A stretch of 63,330 nt of DNA from positions 12,473 through 75,802 of the forward strand of contig JBKBRC010000006.1 in the NCBI GenBank assembly GCA_046292345.1, read 5' to 3'. The notes under the pieces are model-generated. The model made no database searches. It saw only the letters and a program-made list of their open reading frames with translations, and was not told where the DNA came from. The position numbers were made by a program, and so were the translations under genes. This DNA comes from Rubricoccaceae bacterium. Its GTDB lineage: Bacteria; Bacteroidota; Rhodothermia; Rhodothermales; Rubricoccaceae. Positions 18,581-28,327 of the stretch are shown in pieces; position 1 is the first letter of the stretch, and every line of letters starts with the position of its first letter.

Positions 18581-19463
18581 GCGTCATCGTCAGCCCGACC
18601 GAGAGCACCTCGCGCAGCTGGACGCGCGCGCTCACGTCGCGGTCGTAGAGCGCGACCGTGTCCAGGTTCACCGAGAGCAGACCGTTGACCCGGAGCGCGA
18701 GCGTGTTCTCCCAGACGAGGTCTGGGGCGGCCTGCGCCACCTGCGTGAACGCCTGAAACGCGGCCAGCCGCGAGCGCAGGCGTACGCCCTGCGCGATCCG
18801 CCGGTCGAGCGCCGCCTCGGCGTCGAGCCCCGCCTCGAGGCGGACGAGTTGGCCGGGCGCGTTGCCGTGCACCGGCCGCAGGCGCTCGACCGCGACGACG
18901 GTCTGCTTGAGGCCGACTCCCGCGCGCCCCACGAAGTCCCCGCCCGGACGCACCGTCGCCCCCACGGACTGCGTCAGCACGGCCGGGGCGGCGAAGCTCG
19001 AGACCCGCAGCCGCTCCCCCGGCACGACGGGCAGCGTCGGGTAGGCTGCCGGCGAGGGGTTGTAGTCGAAGCCGGGCGCGAACTGCGACTGCGCCGTGAC
19101 GCGCACCGAGGGCCGCAGCGCACGGCCGGTCTCGTGCTCGAGCGCGAAGCCGTAGCGGAAGCGGTCGTCGGCTTTGCGGAACGCGAGCGTGTCCTGCTGC
19201 AGCAGCCCAAACGAGGCGCGGAACTCGTGAGCCTGCCGCAGCCTCCCGTTGACACGCGCGAAGTCTGCCTCGCCGGCGAGCGCGACGGCCAGCGCGCTCG
19301 CGCCACCTTCCTGCCAGTTGGCAAACGCGGTCTGGCTGCCCGAGAGTCGTACGATGGCGCGGCTGAACCAGCCGTCGTCGGTTCCGAGCGTGTCGCCGGG
19401 GAGGCGCTGGGCGCTGGCCGAGGCCGCGCAGCCGAGCGCGGCGAGCACAAGGAGGACGCGCAT
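18573..19463 (-). CDS. DUF3078-like outer-membrane protein
   Basis: Signal peptide MRVLLVLAALGCAASASAQ, the motif FANWQEGGASAL and a beta-rich sequence. Start taken at the internal ATG. Confidence 0.65.
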   Translation of the reverse strand: MRVLLVLAALGCAASASAQRLPGDTLGTDDGWFSRAIVRLSGSQTAFANWQEGGASALAVALAGEADFARVNGRLRQAHEFRASFGLLQQDTLAFRKADDRFRYGFALEHETGRALRPSVRVTAQSQFAPGFDYNPSPAAYPTLPVVPGERLRVSSFAAPAVLTQSVGATVRPGGDFVGRAGVGLKQTVVAVERLRPVHGNAPGQLVRLEAGLDAEAALDRRIAQGVRLRSRLAAFQAFTQVAQAAPDLVWENTLALRVNGLLSVNLDTVALYDRDVSARVQLREVLSVGLTMTLL

Positions 19464-19589
19464 GAGGCGAGGAAACGGTCGTGAAGGGGAGGGTGACGGG
19501 GCGAAGGGGGGCGGCAAAAAGAAAGGGCCGTGCGACACGCACGGCCCCGACCGCAAGCGGCCACCGGGCGGCCGAGACCACCCGTGCGG

Positions 19590-19769
19590 TCACTCGGCGT
19601 TCTTGCGGTCCTGTACGTCCTGGCGGATCTCCTGCGCGAGCGCCTTCAGGTCCTGCATGCCCTTGCGGATGCGAGTACCGGCCGCCTTGTTGTTCTTCTC
19701 GTAGAACTTCTTGAAGTCGTCCTCCAGGCTGGCCACGTGCTGCTGGAGCTTGCTGTAGTGTTCGGACAT
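19590..19769 (-). CDS. Histone H1-like small DNA-binding protein (59 aa), absent from the ORF track
   Basis: Hand translation: MSEHYSKLQQHVASLEDDFKKFYEKNNKAAGTRIRKGMQDLKALAQEIRQDVQDRKNAE. The FYEKxNKAAGTRxRK core is typical of Bacteroidota histone H1-like proteins. A sigma-70 promoter lies upstream. Confidence 0.7.
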   Translation of the reverse strand: MSEHYSKLQQHVASLEDDFKKFYEKNNKAAGTRIRKGMQDLKALAQEIRQDVQDRKNAE

Positions 19770-19832
19770 CGGGATGAGGCGATGGGAGTGAGTGGGAGGC
19801 GCGACCGTCAGGCGGGCCGCTGTGCGGAGATC

Positions 19833-19861
19833 AACTTACCGTGCGGGCGTGCGCCGGTCAA
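19833..19861 (-). promoter_or_regulatory. Sigma-70-type promoter TTGACC-N17-TAAGTT
   Basis: On the minus strand, -35 TTGACC is at 19861-19856 and -10 TAAGTT is at 19838-19833, separated by a 17-nt spacer. It lies about 60 nt upstream of the ATG at 19769. Confidence 0.5.
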
Positions 19862-19907
19862 GAAATTCGCCCCCTGGAGGCTGAAATGGGCGGATCGGGA
19901 GGGCGAA

Positions 19908-20618
19908 TCACGAGGCCGCCTCGGAGGCGGTGGCCGGCCGCTCGGAGACCGCTATCCCGGGCGGCTGGGCCTCGGGGCCGGCCAGGCTGCCCGGCGGCGC
20001 CAGCCGCAGCGGGAGCCCCGAAGCGGCGAGGCGGGCGAAACCCTCCGGGTCTCCGGCGAGCGCAGCGGCCTCGGCCGGCGCGGCCCGCTCGGGGAGGCGC
20101 CCCGTCGCTGAGCGGGCGAGCGCGACGAGCGTCCCGCCGGTCGCACGGGCGAGCGCGGCGGCGGCGGCGGCGGGGTCCACTTCGCGCAGCGGCGCCGTCA
20201 CCTCGCCGCGCACGAGCGCCAGCACCGCCGGCACGGCGCCCTGCCGCGCGAGCGCGGCCACCCAGGCGGCCCCGGGCGCCTCGAGCGCCCCATCAGCAGT
20301 GGCGCGCAGCAGCCCCCTGTCGGCGCCGGTCACGCGCAGCGCCGAGACGCCGGCCTCGTTGAGCGCGTGCACGAGGCGCCGCGAGAGCTCGCGCCCGGCC
20401 CGGGCGACCGTCTCGGCGTCGTCTGCGTGCGCCAGGCGGAGCACGCCGCCCTCGCGGGCCGGCTCGCGACCAGACCCCTCGAGCGCCAGTTCGGCCGCCT
20501 CGCCCGTCCCGTGCACGAGTACGAGCGGATGGGCGCACGCCTTTGCGATACGCGCGAAGCGGTCTATGAAGAGCGGGTCGCCGAGGTGGTAGGCGTCGAG
20601 GTAGACGATGAGGAGCAT
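19908..20618 (-). CDS. Amino-acid kinase family protein (acetylglutamate kinase-like)
   Basis: VLVHGTGEAAE..GGVLRLAHADDAETV..LNEAGVSALRVTGADRGLL follows the NAGK/AAK fold pattern. Start taken at the internal ATG (MLLIVYLD). Confidence 0.45.
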   Translation of the reverse strand: MLLIVYLDAYHLGDPLFIDRFARIAKACAHPLVLVHGTGEAAELALEGSGREPAREGGVLRLAHADDAETVARAGRELSRRLVHALNEAGVSALRVTGADRGLLRATADGALEAPGAAWVAALARQGAVPAVLALVRGEVTAPLREVDPAAAAAALARATGGTLVALARSATGRLPERAAPAEAAALAGDPEGFARLAASGLPLRLAPPGSLAGPEAQPPGIAVSERPATASEAAS

Positions 20619-20811
20619 GGGCGGAAGCGGCTGAGACGCGGGTGCCGGCGGGCAGGGGTACCGATGCGCGGCGGCGGGGTTGCACGCCATTCCTGGCGTC
20701 CTTCGCAGGCCCCGGGGAACATCCGCATTCCCCGGGAAGATGTCCACAACGCTTGCCCCCGGACCGGGCGTCCGGGTTTCTTGGCCGGCCTCTCGCCTGC
20801 GCCTGGCCCCG

Positions 20812-23800
20812 ATGTCGTCCTGCTTCTGCCACCTCCACACGCACACCCAGTACTCGCTGCTCGACGGCGCAGCGCGTATCAAGAACCTCGTCGCGCGCGC
20901 AGCCGAGCTCGAGATGCCGGCCCTCGCCATCACCGACCACGGCAACCTGCACGGCGTCCCGGAATTCTACACCACGGCCAGGAAGGCGGGCATCCAGCCC
21001 ATCGTGGGCTGCGAGTTCTACGTCACCGCGCGCCCGATGCGCGAGCGCGAAGACCGCACGCGCTACCACCAGGTGCTGCTGGCCAAGAACGAGGAGGGCT
21101 ACCGCAACCTGATCAAGCTCTCCTCGCTCAGCTACACCGACGGCTACTACTACAAGCCGCGCATCGACAAGGCCGCGCTCCGGGCGCACAGCGCCGGGCT
21201 GGTTGCGACCACGTGCTGCCTCCAGGGCGAGGTGCTCCAGACAATCCTGCACAAGGGCGAGGAGGCCGGGCGGCGCGTGTTCGAGGAGTACCTCGAGATC
21301 TTCGGCGAGGACTACTACGTCGAGGTGCAGGACCACGCCATCCCCGAGCAGCGGCGCTGCAACGCCGTGCTGCTCCGGTGGGCGAAGGAGTACGGCGTGG
21401 GCGTCGTCGCCTCGAACGACGTGCACTACGTGCACCGCGCCGACGCCGAGGCGCAGGACGTGCTGCTGTGCCTGCAGACGGGCAAGGATCTCCACGACCC
21501 GCACCGGATGCGGTTCGAGAACGACCAGTTCTATCTCAAGACGGCCGACGAGATGCGCGACGCCTTCCGCGCCTCCATCGCCGAGGGCGTCTTCGGCGGG
21601 CCGCTCGACGTCGACGCGGCGCTCGAGCGCACGGCCGAGATCGCGGGCAAGTGCCGCCTCGAGCTGGCCATGGGCAAGCTGCTCATGCCGCACTTCCCCA
21701 TCCCGCCCCCGCACGCCGACGCCGACGCCTACCTGCGCCACCTGACGTACGAGCGCGCCCGCGAGCGCTACGGCGAGGCCACGGGGGCCCTCCCGGAGGC
21801 CGTCCGCGAGCGCCTCGACTTCGAGCTCAAGGTCATCCGTGACATGGGCTTTGCGGGCTACTTCCTGATCGTGCAGGACTTCACGACGGCCGCGCGCCGG
21901 CTCGGCGTCAGCGTCGGGCCCGGCCGCGGCTCGGCCGCCGGCAGCGCCGTCGCCTACTGCCTCGGCATCACCAACATCGACCCGCTGCGCTACGACCTGC
22001 TCTTCGAGCGCTTCCTGAACCCGGAGCGCATCTCGATGCCGGACATCGACATCGACTTCGACGACCGCGGGCGCGCGCGCGTGATCGACTACGTCGTGCA
22101 GAAGTACGGCCGCGAGTCAGTCTGCCAGATCGTCACCTTCGGCACGATGGGCGCCAAGTCCGTCCTGCGCGACGTCAGCCGCGTGCTCGGCATCCCGCTC
22201 GCCGAGGCCGACCGCATCGCCAAGCTGGTCCCCGACGGCGTCAAGGTCAACCTCGAGAGCGCGCGCCGGGACGTGCCGGAGTTCGCGCAGCTCTTCCAGA
22301 GCCCGGACCCCCAGATCCGCAAGCTGATGCACTACGCGACCGTGCTCGAGGGCTCGGCCCGCCACACGGGCGTACACGCCGCCGGCGTCATCATCGCGCC
22401 TGGCAACGTGGCCGACTACGTGCCCGTCTCGGTGCAGAAGTCCAAGACCGGCGGCGGCGACGTCGTAGACGTGGTCGTGACGCAGTACGACGGCAAGTAC
22501 ATCGAGGACTTCGGACTGCTCAAGATGGACTTCCTCGGGCTCAAGACGCTCACGATCCTCAACGATGCGCTCGCGCTCATCCGCCAGGGCCACGGCGTCG
22601 AGATCGACCTGGACGCGATCCCGCTCGACTGCCCCAGGACGTTCCGCCTGTTCCAGCGCGGCGACACGGTCGCCATCTTCCAGTTCGAGTCCGACGGCAT
22701 GCGCGAGTGGATGCGCAAGCTCAAGCCGACCTGCCTCGACGACCTGATCGCGATGAACGCGCTCTACCGGCCCGGCCCGATGGACCTCATCCCGACCTAC
22801 ATCGCGCGCAAGCACGGCCAGGAGACGGTCGTCTACCCGCACCCGATGCTCGAGGAGATCCTCGCGCCCACCTACGGCATCCCGGTCTACCAGGAGCAGG
22901 TGATGCAGATGGCGCAGGTCATGGGCGGCTACACGCTCGGCGGCGCCGACCTGCTCCGCCGCGCGATGGGCAAGAAGAAGATGGAGGAGATGGCGGCCCA
23001 TCGCGAGACGTTCCGCGCCGGCGCCGCCGAGAAGGGCGTCGACGCCAAGACCGCCGACGAGGTCTTCGACATGATGGAGAAGTTCGCTGGCTACGGCTTC
23101 AACAAGAGCCATTCGGCGGCCTACTCCGTCGTGGCCTACCAGACGGCCTACCTCAAGGCGCACTACCCGGCCGAGTTCATGGCCGCCGTGCTCACGACCG
23201 AAATGGCCGACTCGAAGAAGCTCGCCGTCGCGCTCGAGGCCACGCGCGCGGCCGGGCTGGTCCTCCTGCCGCCGTGCGTGAACCGCTCGCAGGCGCACTT
23301 CACCGTCGAGGCGGGGCGCGTGCGCTTCGGGCTGGCGGCCATCAAGGGCGTCGGGCACGGCGCCATCGAGGCGCTGCTGGCCGCGCGCGCCCGCGCCGGC
23401 GGCGCCTTCTCGGACCTGTACGCGCTCGTGCGCGACCTCGACCTCCGGGCCGTCGGCAAGAAGACGCTCGAGGCGCTCGCCATGGCCGGCGCGCTCGACG
23501 CCCTCGAGGGGCACCGCGCCCAACTCGTCGCGGCCGTCGAGCCGGCCTGGCAGTACGCGCAGCGCCACCAGGCCGACCGCGCCGCCGGCCAGTCGTCGCT
23601 CTTCGGCAGCCCCGCCGGCGGCGACGGCGCCGCCTTCACCCCCGCCCTCCCCCACGCCGAGCCGTGGACGCGCGGCGAGACGCTCCGCTACGAGCGCGAG
23701 TTGATGGGCTTCTACGTCTCCGGCCATCCCCTCGACGACTACGCCGCCGAGGCGCGCGCCTTCGCCTCGCTCCGCCTCGGCGACGCCGAAAACGTGCCCG

Positions 23801-24309
23801 ACGACTCCGACCAGACCGTCTGCGGTATCGTGACGGCCGTCAACCGCCGTACGACCAGGAGCGGCCGCCCGATCGCGTTCGTGACGCTCGAGGACACGAC
23901 CGGCCAGGCCGAGGTGATGTGCTTCGCGCAGACGCTCGAGCGGGTCGGGCACCTGCTCAAGGAGGACGAGGTGGTGCTCGTGCGCGGCAAGGCCGAGACC
24001 AAGGGCGACCTCAAGATCGTCGCGCGCGAGGTGCTGCCGATGTGGCGCGTGCGCGAGCAACTCGTCAAGGCGCTCGTGCTTCGCGTGCGGCCGGACGAGA
24101 CGAGCCCCGAGGCCATCGATCAGCTTGCGACGCTTTGCGAGGCCAATCGCGGCGCGTGCAAGCTCTATTTCGAAGTCGAAGAGCCGACGCTCCCCCGCCC
24201 GGTGCGCCTGCACGCGCGCACGGCGGTCGTGGACCTGACGCCGGATTTCATGCGCGGCCTCACGGCGCTCTTCGGACCGGAGGCCGTCGTGCTCGAGGGC
24301 GAGGCGTGA
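20812..24309 (+). CDS. dnaE: DNA polymerase III alpha subunit
   Basis: PHP motif HLHTHTQYSLLDG, GSAAGSAVAYCLGITNIDP, PDIDIDF and FGYGFNKSHSAAY, with a C-terminal OB region. 1165 aa from the ATG at 20812. Confidence 0.95.
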   Translation: MSSCFCHLHTHTQYSLLDGAARIKNLVARAAELEMPALAITDHGNLHGVPEFYTTARKAGIQPIVGCEFYVTARPMREREDRTRYHQVLLAKNEEGYRNLIKLSSLSYTDGYYYKPRIDKAALRAHSAGLVATTCCLQGEVLQTILHKGEEAGRRVFEEYLEIFGEDYYVEVQDHAIPEQRRCNAVLLRWAKEYGVGVVASNDVHYVHRADAEAQDVLLCLQTGKDLHDPHRMRFENDQFYLKTADEMRDAFRASIAEGVFGGPLDVDAALERTAEIAGKCRLELAMGKLLMPHFPIPPPHADADAYLRHLTYERARERYGEATGALPEAVRERLDFELKVIRDMGFAGYFLIVQDFTTAARRLGVSVGPGRGSAAGSAVAYCLGITNIDPLRYDLLFERFLNPERISMPDIDIDFDDRGRARVIDYVVQKYGRESVCQIVTFGTMGAKSVLRDVSRVLGIPLAEADRIAKLVPDGVKVNLESARRDVPEFAQLFQSPDPQIRKLMHYATVLEGSARHTGVHAAGVIIAPGNVADYVPVSVQKSKTGGGDVVDVVVTQYDGKYIEDFGLLKMDFLGLKTLTILNDALALIRQGHGVEIDLDAIPLDCPRTFRLFQRGDTVAIFQFESDGMREWMRKLKPTCLDDLIAMNALYRPGPMDLIPTYIARKHGQETVVYPHPMLEEILAPTYGIPVYQEQVMQMAQVMGGYTLGGADLLRRAMGKKKMEEMAAHRETFRAGAAEKGVDAKTADEVFDMMEKFAGYGFNKSHSAAYSVVAYQTAYLKAHYPAEFMAAVLTTEMADSKKLAVALEATRAAGLVLLPPCVNRSQAHFTVEAGRVRFGLAAIKGVGHGAIEALLAARARAGGAFSDLYALVRDLDLRAVGKKTLEALAMAGALDALEGHRAQLVAAVEPAWQYAQRHQADRAAGQSSLFGSPAGGDGAAFTPALPHAEPWTRGETLRYERELMGFYVSGHPLDDYAAEARAFASLRLGDAENVPDDSDQTVCGIVTAVNRRTTRSGRPIAFVTLEDTTGQAEVMCFAQTLERVGHLLKEDEVVLVRGKAETKGDLKIVAREVLPMWRVREQLVKALVLRVRPDETSPEAIDQLATLCEANRGACKLYFEVEEPTLPRPVRLHARTAVVDLTPDFMRGLTALFGPEAVVLEGEA

Positions 24310-24455
24310 GCGGCAGCGCGGCGCGCGCGGTCAGCAAGGGCCGTTTGGCCACCGACCGCCACCTTGCGGCTCCTCTCAGCCCACCGCGAACCGGGACAGC
24401 CTGGGGAGTACGCTCAGTAGGTGCTCGCGCAGGGCCACTGTACGGAAAAGCTGAT

Positions 24456-24519
24456 CAGTGAGACGAAAACTGGTCGGTGAAACGAATCGGTGAAACGAAA
24501 ACTGGTCGGTGAAACGCAT
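24456..24519. repeat. 32-bp tandem duplication built from C(A/G)GTGA(G/A)ACG sub-repeats
   Basis: 24456-24487 and 24488-24519 are near-identical. The region is AT-richer than its surroundings and lies in the convergent dnaE/deaD spacer. Confidence 0.85.
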
Positions 24520-24520
24520 C

Positions 24521-24552
24521 GCGGGCGGCAGAGCCGAAGCCCCGCCGCCCGC
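24521..24552. other. GC hairpin (9-bp stem, 14-nt loop) in a convergent intergenic region
   Basis: GCGGGCGGC (24521-24529) pairs with GCCGCCCGC (24544-24552). There is no U-tract, so terminator function is uncertain. Confidence 0.4.
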
Positions 24553-24573
24553 GACACGCCTGGGTTGGACACG

Positions 24574-26283
24574 TCAGGCGCGCTCGACTTCGATCTTGTT
24601 GCGCCCGATCTGGTAGCGCCCGCTGCGGGCGAGCACCTGCGGCGCGAGCGCCTCGGGTACGTCCACCCACGTCTGGCGGTAGTCGATCGTGATGCGCCCG
24701 ATGGCGCTACCGGGGATCTCGCCGAAGTGCGCGAGCGCGCCGACGATCTGCCCCGGACGGACGCCGTGCATGTGGCCCGTGTTGAGCGCGAGGCGGACCA
24801 TGCCCTCCTCCTGCGCCGTCGGGCGGCGGTCGAAGCCGCGCGGGCCGCGGCCCTCCTGGCGGTCGAAGCCCCCGAAGCGCTCGTTGCCCGGTCGGTTGCC
24901 GTCGCGGCGCGCGAGCGCGTGCGCCGGGCGCTCGCGCACCTCGGCCACGGGTGCGATCTCGGCCTCGTCGCGCCGCGCGAGCGCCACGGCCGCGGCCGCA
25001 ATGTCGAGCGCGTCGTGCCCTTCGGCGACGAGCGCGAGCACGAGCGCCCGCTCATGCGCGAGCGTGTCCTCGTCGCCGGCCGGCAGGCGCTGGGCGAGCG
25101 CGGCGCGGAGGGCGGCCGCGCGGTGCGCGCGGACGGCGTCCGGCGTGGGCAGCGTGCCCTGCTCGACCGGCTGCCGCGTGAAGTCTTCGATGCGGCGCAG
25201 CAGGCCGCGCTGGTGAGGCGCCACGAGCGCCACGGCAACGCCCGCGCGCCCGGCGCGGCCGGTCCGCCCGACGCGGTGGACGTACACCTCGGGGTCGCGC
25301 GGCAGGTCGAGGTTGAACACGTGCGAGACGTGCTCCACGTCGAGCCCGCGCGCGGCCACGTCGGTCGCGACGAGCACCTGGATGCGGCGGCTGCGCAGGC
25401 GCCCGAGCACGTCCGTGCGCGCGGCCTGGCTGAGCTCGCCCGAGAGCGCCTCGGCCGCGAAGCCAGCCGCCTGCAGCACCTCGGCGACGGCCCCCGTCTC
25501 GGCGCGCGTGCGCACGAACACGAGCGCCGACTCGACCGGCTCGACCTCGAGCAGGCGCGCGAGTGCGGCCGGCTTGTCGTGCTCGCGCACGAGGTAGTAG
25601 CGCTGCGCGATGGCCGCCGCCGCGCGGTGCTGCGCGCCGATCACGACCGACTCGGGCGCGCGCAGGTAGCGCGCGGCGATACGCCGGATGCCGGGCGGCA
25701 TGGTGGCCGAGAGCAGCGCCGTCTGGCGCGTGGCGGGCGTGGCCTCGAGGATCGCCTCGAGGTCATCGGCGAAGCCCATCGAGAGCATCTCGTCGGCCTC
25801 GTCGAGCACGACGGCCTGCACGGCCGAGAGGTCGAGCGCGCCCTGCTGCATCAGGTCGATCAGGCGCCCGGGCGTGCCCACGACGACGTCGACGCCGCGC
25901 TCGAGGCGGCCGATCTGCTTGTGGTACGGCTGGCCGCCGTAGACCGGCAGCACGCGTGCGCCGAGGGCCTTGCCGTAGCTGTGCATGGCCGAGGCGACCT
26001 GCACGGCGAGCTCGCGCGTGGGCGCGAGCACGAGCACACGCGGCGCGCGCGGCGCCGTCCGGCTGCCGGCCTGATCATCGCTATCCTCGGCGAGGCGGTG
26101 CAGGAGCGGCAGCGTGAACGCGGCCGTCTTGCCGGTTCCGGTCTGCGCCTGCCCGACCACGTCGCGGCCGGCGAGCAGCAGCGGGACGAGCGCTTCTTGA
26201 ATGGGGGTGGGCGTGTCGTAGCCAAGGGCGGCCACGGTGGAGACGAGCTCCTCGCGGAGCCCGAGCGTGTCGAACGTAGTCAC
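24574..26283 (-). CDS. deaD: DEAD-box ATP-dependent RNA helicase with a DbpA-type C-terminal RNA-binding domain
   Basis: Q-motif and Walker A AQTGTGKT, plus DEAD (VLDEADEM), SAT, HRVGRTGRAG and a C-terminal DbpA-like domain. GTG start (VTTFDTLGL) chosen at 26283. Confidence 0.88.
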   Translation of the reverse strand: MTTFDTLGLREELVSTVAALGYDTPTPIQEALVPLLLAGRDVVGQAQTGTGKTAAFTLPLLHRLAEDSDDQAGSRTAPRAPRVLVLAPTRELAVQVASAMHSYGKALGARVLPVYGGQPYHKQIGRLERGVDVVVGTPGRLIDLMQQGALDLSAVQAVVLDEADEMLSMGFADDLEAILEATPATRQTALLSATMPPGIRRIAARYLRAPESVVIGAQHRAAAAIAQRYYLVREHDKPAALARLLEVEPVESALVFVRTRAETGAVAEVLQAAGFAAEALSGELSQAARTDVLGRLRSRRIQVLVATDVAARGLDVEHVSHVFNLDLPRDPEVYVHRVGRTGRAGRAGVAVALVAPHQRGLLRRIEDFTRQPVEQGTLPTPDAVRAHRAAALRAALAQRLPAGDEDTLAHERALVLALVAEGHDALDIAAAAVALARRDEAEIAPVAEVRERPAHALARRDGNRPGNERFGGFDRQEGRGPRGFDRRPTAQEEGMVRLALNTGHMHGVRPGQIVGALAHFGEIPGSAIGRITIDYRQTWVDVPEALAPQVLARSGRYQIGRNKIEVERA

Positions 26284-26580
26284 GGTGAAACCTCGTGAGG
26301 ACGGAGAAAGCAGAACCACCCGGCCGGCACGCCCAGCGTGCCCGCCCCTTCGCGCAGAACCAGGGCAACAACAGCCCGGCCCGTCCGTGCGAAGGCCTCT
26401 CTGTTGCGACTTACGTGACCCGGCGGCGCCTGGGCGCCCTCCGGCCCACCCGGTGTTACGGGGTGCAGGCTCCAAGAACGGCACAGCGGGCCGCCGCGCG
26501 CCCGCCCCGGTGTGAAGAACCCGAGCGGGCGCGCAATCTTGACGCGGCGTGTCCGGTCTGGCGCGGCGTGTCAGGAGCGC

Positions 26581-28224
26581 TCAGGCGGCGGGCGCCTCGG
26601 CGACGGGCACCCCGGCATAGAGCGTCCCGGCATACTCGCGCACCATGCGCTCGGCCGAGAACGCCTCGCGCGTGTCTGCCACCGAGGCGCGCATCATCGC
26701 GATCCACGCCGCGCGGTCGCCGTAGTAAGCCGGCACAACGCGGCGCGTGATCGTCTCGACGAGCGCCGCGCGGTCCCGGGCGTCCTGCGCGGCCTCGTCG
26801 GCGCCGACGTGCGCGTCGCCGATGGCCCAGCCGTTGACGCCGTCGCGGCACGCCTCGGGCCACCAGCCGTCGAGGATGGAGGCGTTGAGGACGCCGTTCA
26901 TGGCGGCCTTCATGCCGCTCGTGCCGCTGGCCTCCTTGGGCCGGCGGGGGTTGTTGAGCCACACGTCGCAGCCGCGCGTGAGCACGGCCCCGGTGGCCAT
27001 GTCGTAGTCCGGCACGAACGCGACCGCCCCCGGATACTGCGCCGCGAAGGCGACGAGCTCGGCCACGATGGCCTTGCCGGACGCGTCCATCGGGTGGCTC
27101 TTGCCCGAGAAGACGAGCTGCAGACGACCCTCGCGCAGCAGCGGCCCGATCGCCTCGACGTCCTCGAAGATGAGCGTGGGGCGCTTGTAGGCGACGGCCC
27201 GGCGTGCGAAGCCGACAAGTAGCACATCCTCGCGGAACGTCACGCCGGCGCGGGCTTCGATGTGCGCGATCGCGGCACGCTTGTTGGCCACGTGGGCGGC
27301 CCAGAGCGCCTCGTCGTCGCCCGCGGCGGCGGCCTCGAGGACGGCCGGGTCCACCCACGTTGGAACGTGGATGCCGTTGGTGATGGCGCCGATGGGCGCG
27401 CCTCCCTCCACGTGCGCCCACATGGCGCGGGCGGTCTCGCCGTGGAGCTGAGCGACGGCGTTGGCGCGGCGGGCCAGGCGCAGCGCGCCGACGGTCATGT
27501 TGAACGGCTCACCGCCAAGGCGCCGGAGCACGTCCGCGCCGAGCCCGAGGTCCGCCCCGACGTAGCACAGCCGGTCGAGAGGGTGCGTTTCGTTACCGGC
27601 CAGCACGGGCGTGTGCGTCGTGAACACGATCTCGGCGCGTGTGCGCGCGAGGGCCGTCTCGAGGTCGTCGCCGGCGGCCATCTTCTCGCGGATCAGCTCG
27701 AAGCCGGCCAGCAGCGCGTGACCCTCGTTGAAATGGTACACGTCCGCCTCGAGCCCGAGCGCGCGAAGGGCGCGCACGCCGCCGACGCCGAGCACGATCT
27801 CCTGCGCGACACGGTCCTCGCCCGGGCCGCCGTAGAGCTGCCGCGTCGTGTGCGCCTCGGGATTGCCGGGCAGGTCGGTATCGAGCAGCAGGAGCGGCGC
27901 GTTGCCGAAGGCCTCGGTGCGCCACACCTTGCAGCGCACGTCCTGCCCCTTGATCGGGACCGTGACCTCGACCCCGGTATCCTCGAGCAGGCCGTCGTAG
28001 ACATAGTCGCGGAAGACGTCGAGCGGCTGCCCGTCGGCGTCGATCGCCTGCCGTACATAGCCCTGCTTCCACTTGATGCCGAGACCGACGAGCGGCAGGC
28101 CGAGGTCGCGCGCGGCTTTGAGGTGGTCGCCGGCGAGGATGCCGAGGCCGCCGCTGTAGGTCTTGAGGCGGTCGTCGAGGCCGTACTCCATGCAGAAGTA
28201 GGCGATGCGCGGGGAGGCGGTCAT
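26581..28224 (-). CDS. glgP: Alpha-glucan (glycogen/maltodextrin) phosphorylase, GT35
   Basis: IAYFCMEYGL, YSGGLGILAGDHLK, FTTHTPV and EASGTSGMKA (PLP lysine motif). Start taken at the internal ATG (MTASPRIAYF). Confidence 0.88.
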   Translation of the reverse strand: MTASPRIAYFCMEYGLDDRLKTYSGGLGILAGDHLKAARDLGLPLVGLGIKWKQGYVRQAIDADGQPLDVFRDYVYDGLLEDTGVEVTVPIKGQDVRCKVWRTEAFGNAPLLLLDTDLPGNPEAHTTRQLYGGPGEDRVAQEIVLGVGGVRALRALGLEADVYHFNEGHALLAGFELIREKMAAGDDLETALARTRAEIVFTTHTPVLAGNETHPLDRLCYVGADLGLGADVLRRLGGEPFNMTVGALRLARRANAVAQLHGETARAMWAHVEGGAPIGAITNGIHVPTWVDPAVLEAAAAGDDEALWAAHVANKRAAIAHIEARAGVTFREDVLLVGFARRAVAYKRPTLIFEDVEAIGPLLREGRLQLVFSGKSHPMDASGKAIVAELVAFAAQYPGAVAFVPDYDMATGAVLTRGCDVWLNNPRRPKEASGTSGMKAAMNGVLNASILDGWWPEACRDGVNGWAIGDAHVGADEAAQDARDRAALVETITRRVVPAYYGDRAAWIAMMRASVADTREAFSAERMVREYAGTLYAGVPVAEAPAA

Positions 28225-28228
28225 GAGG

Positions 28229-28242
28229 AGTAAGCGCTTACA
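28229..28242. promoter_or_regulatory. LacI/GalR-type palindromic operator candidate AGTAAGCGCTTACA
   Basis: Perfect 10-bp palindrome TAAGCGCTTA in the TGnAAnCGnTTnCA register. It lies 5 nt upstream of the glgP start, in the 103-bp divergent spacer. The identical 12-mer TAAGCGCTTACA recurs at 39568-39579. Confidence 0.55.
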
Positions 28243-28327
28243 TGAGGACCCGAAAGATACCCGTGTCCCCGCTGCGGGGCGCCCGCCGCCGCGCCTCCGC
28301 CGGCAAACACCTTGTCGCATACGCAGC

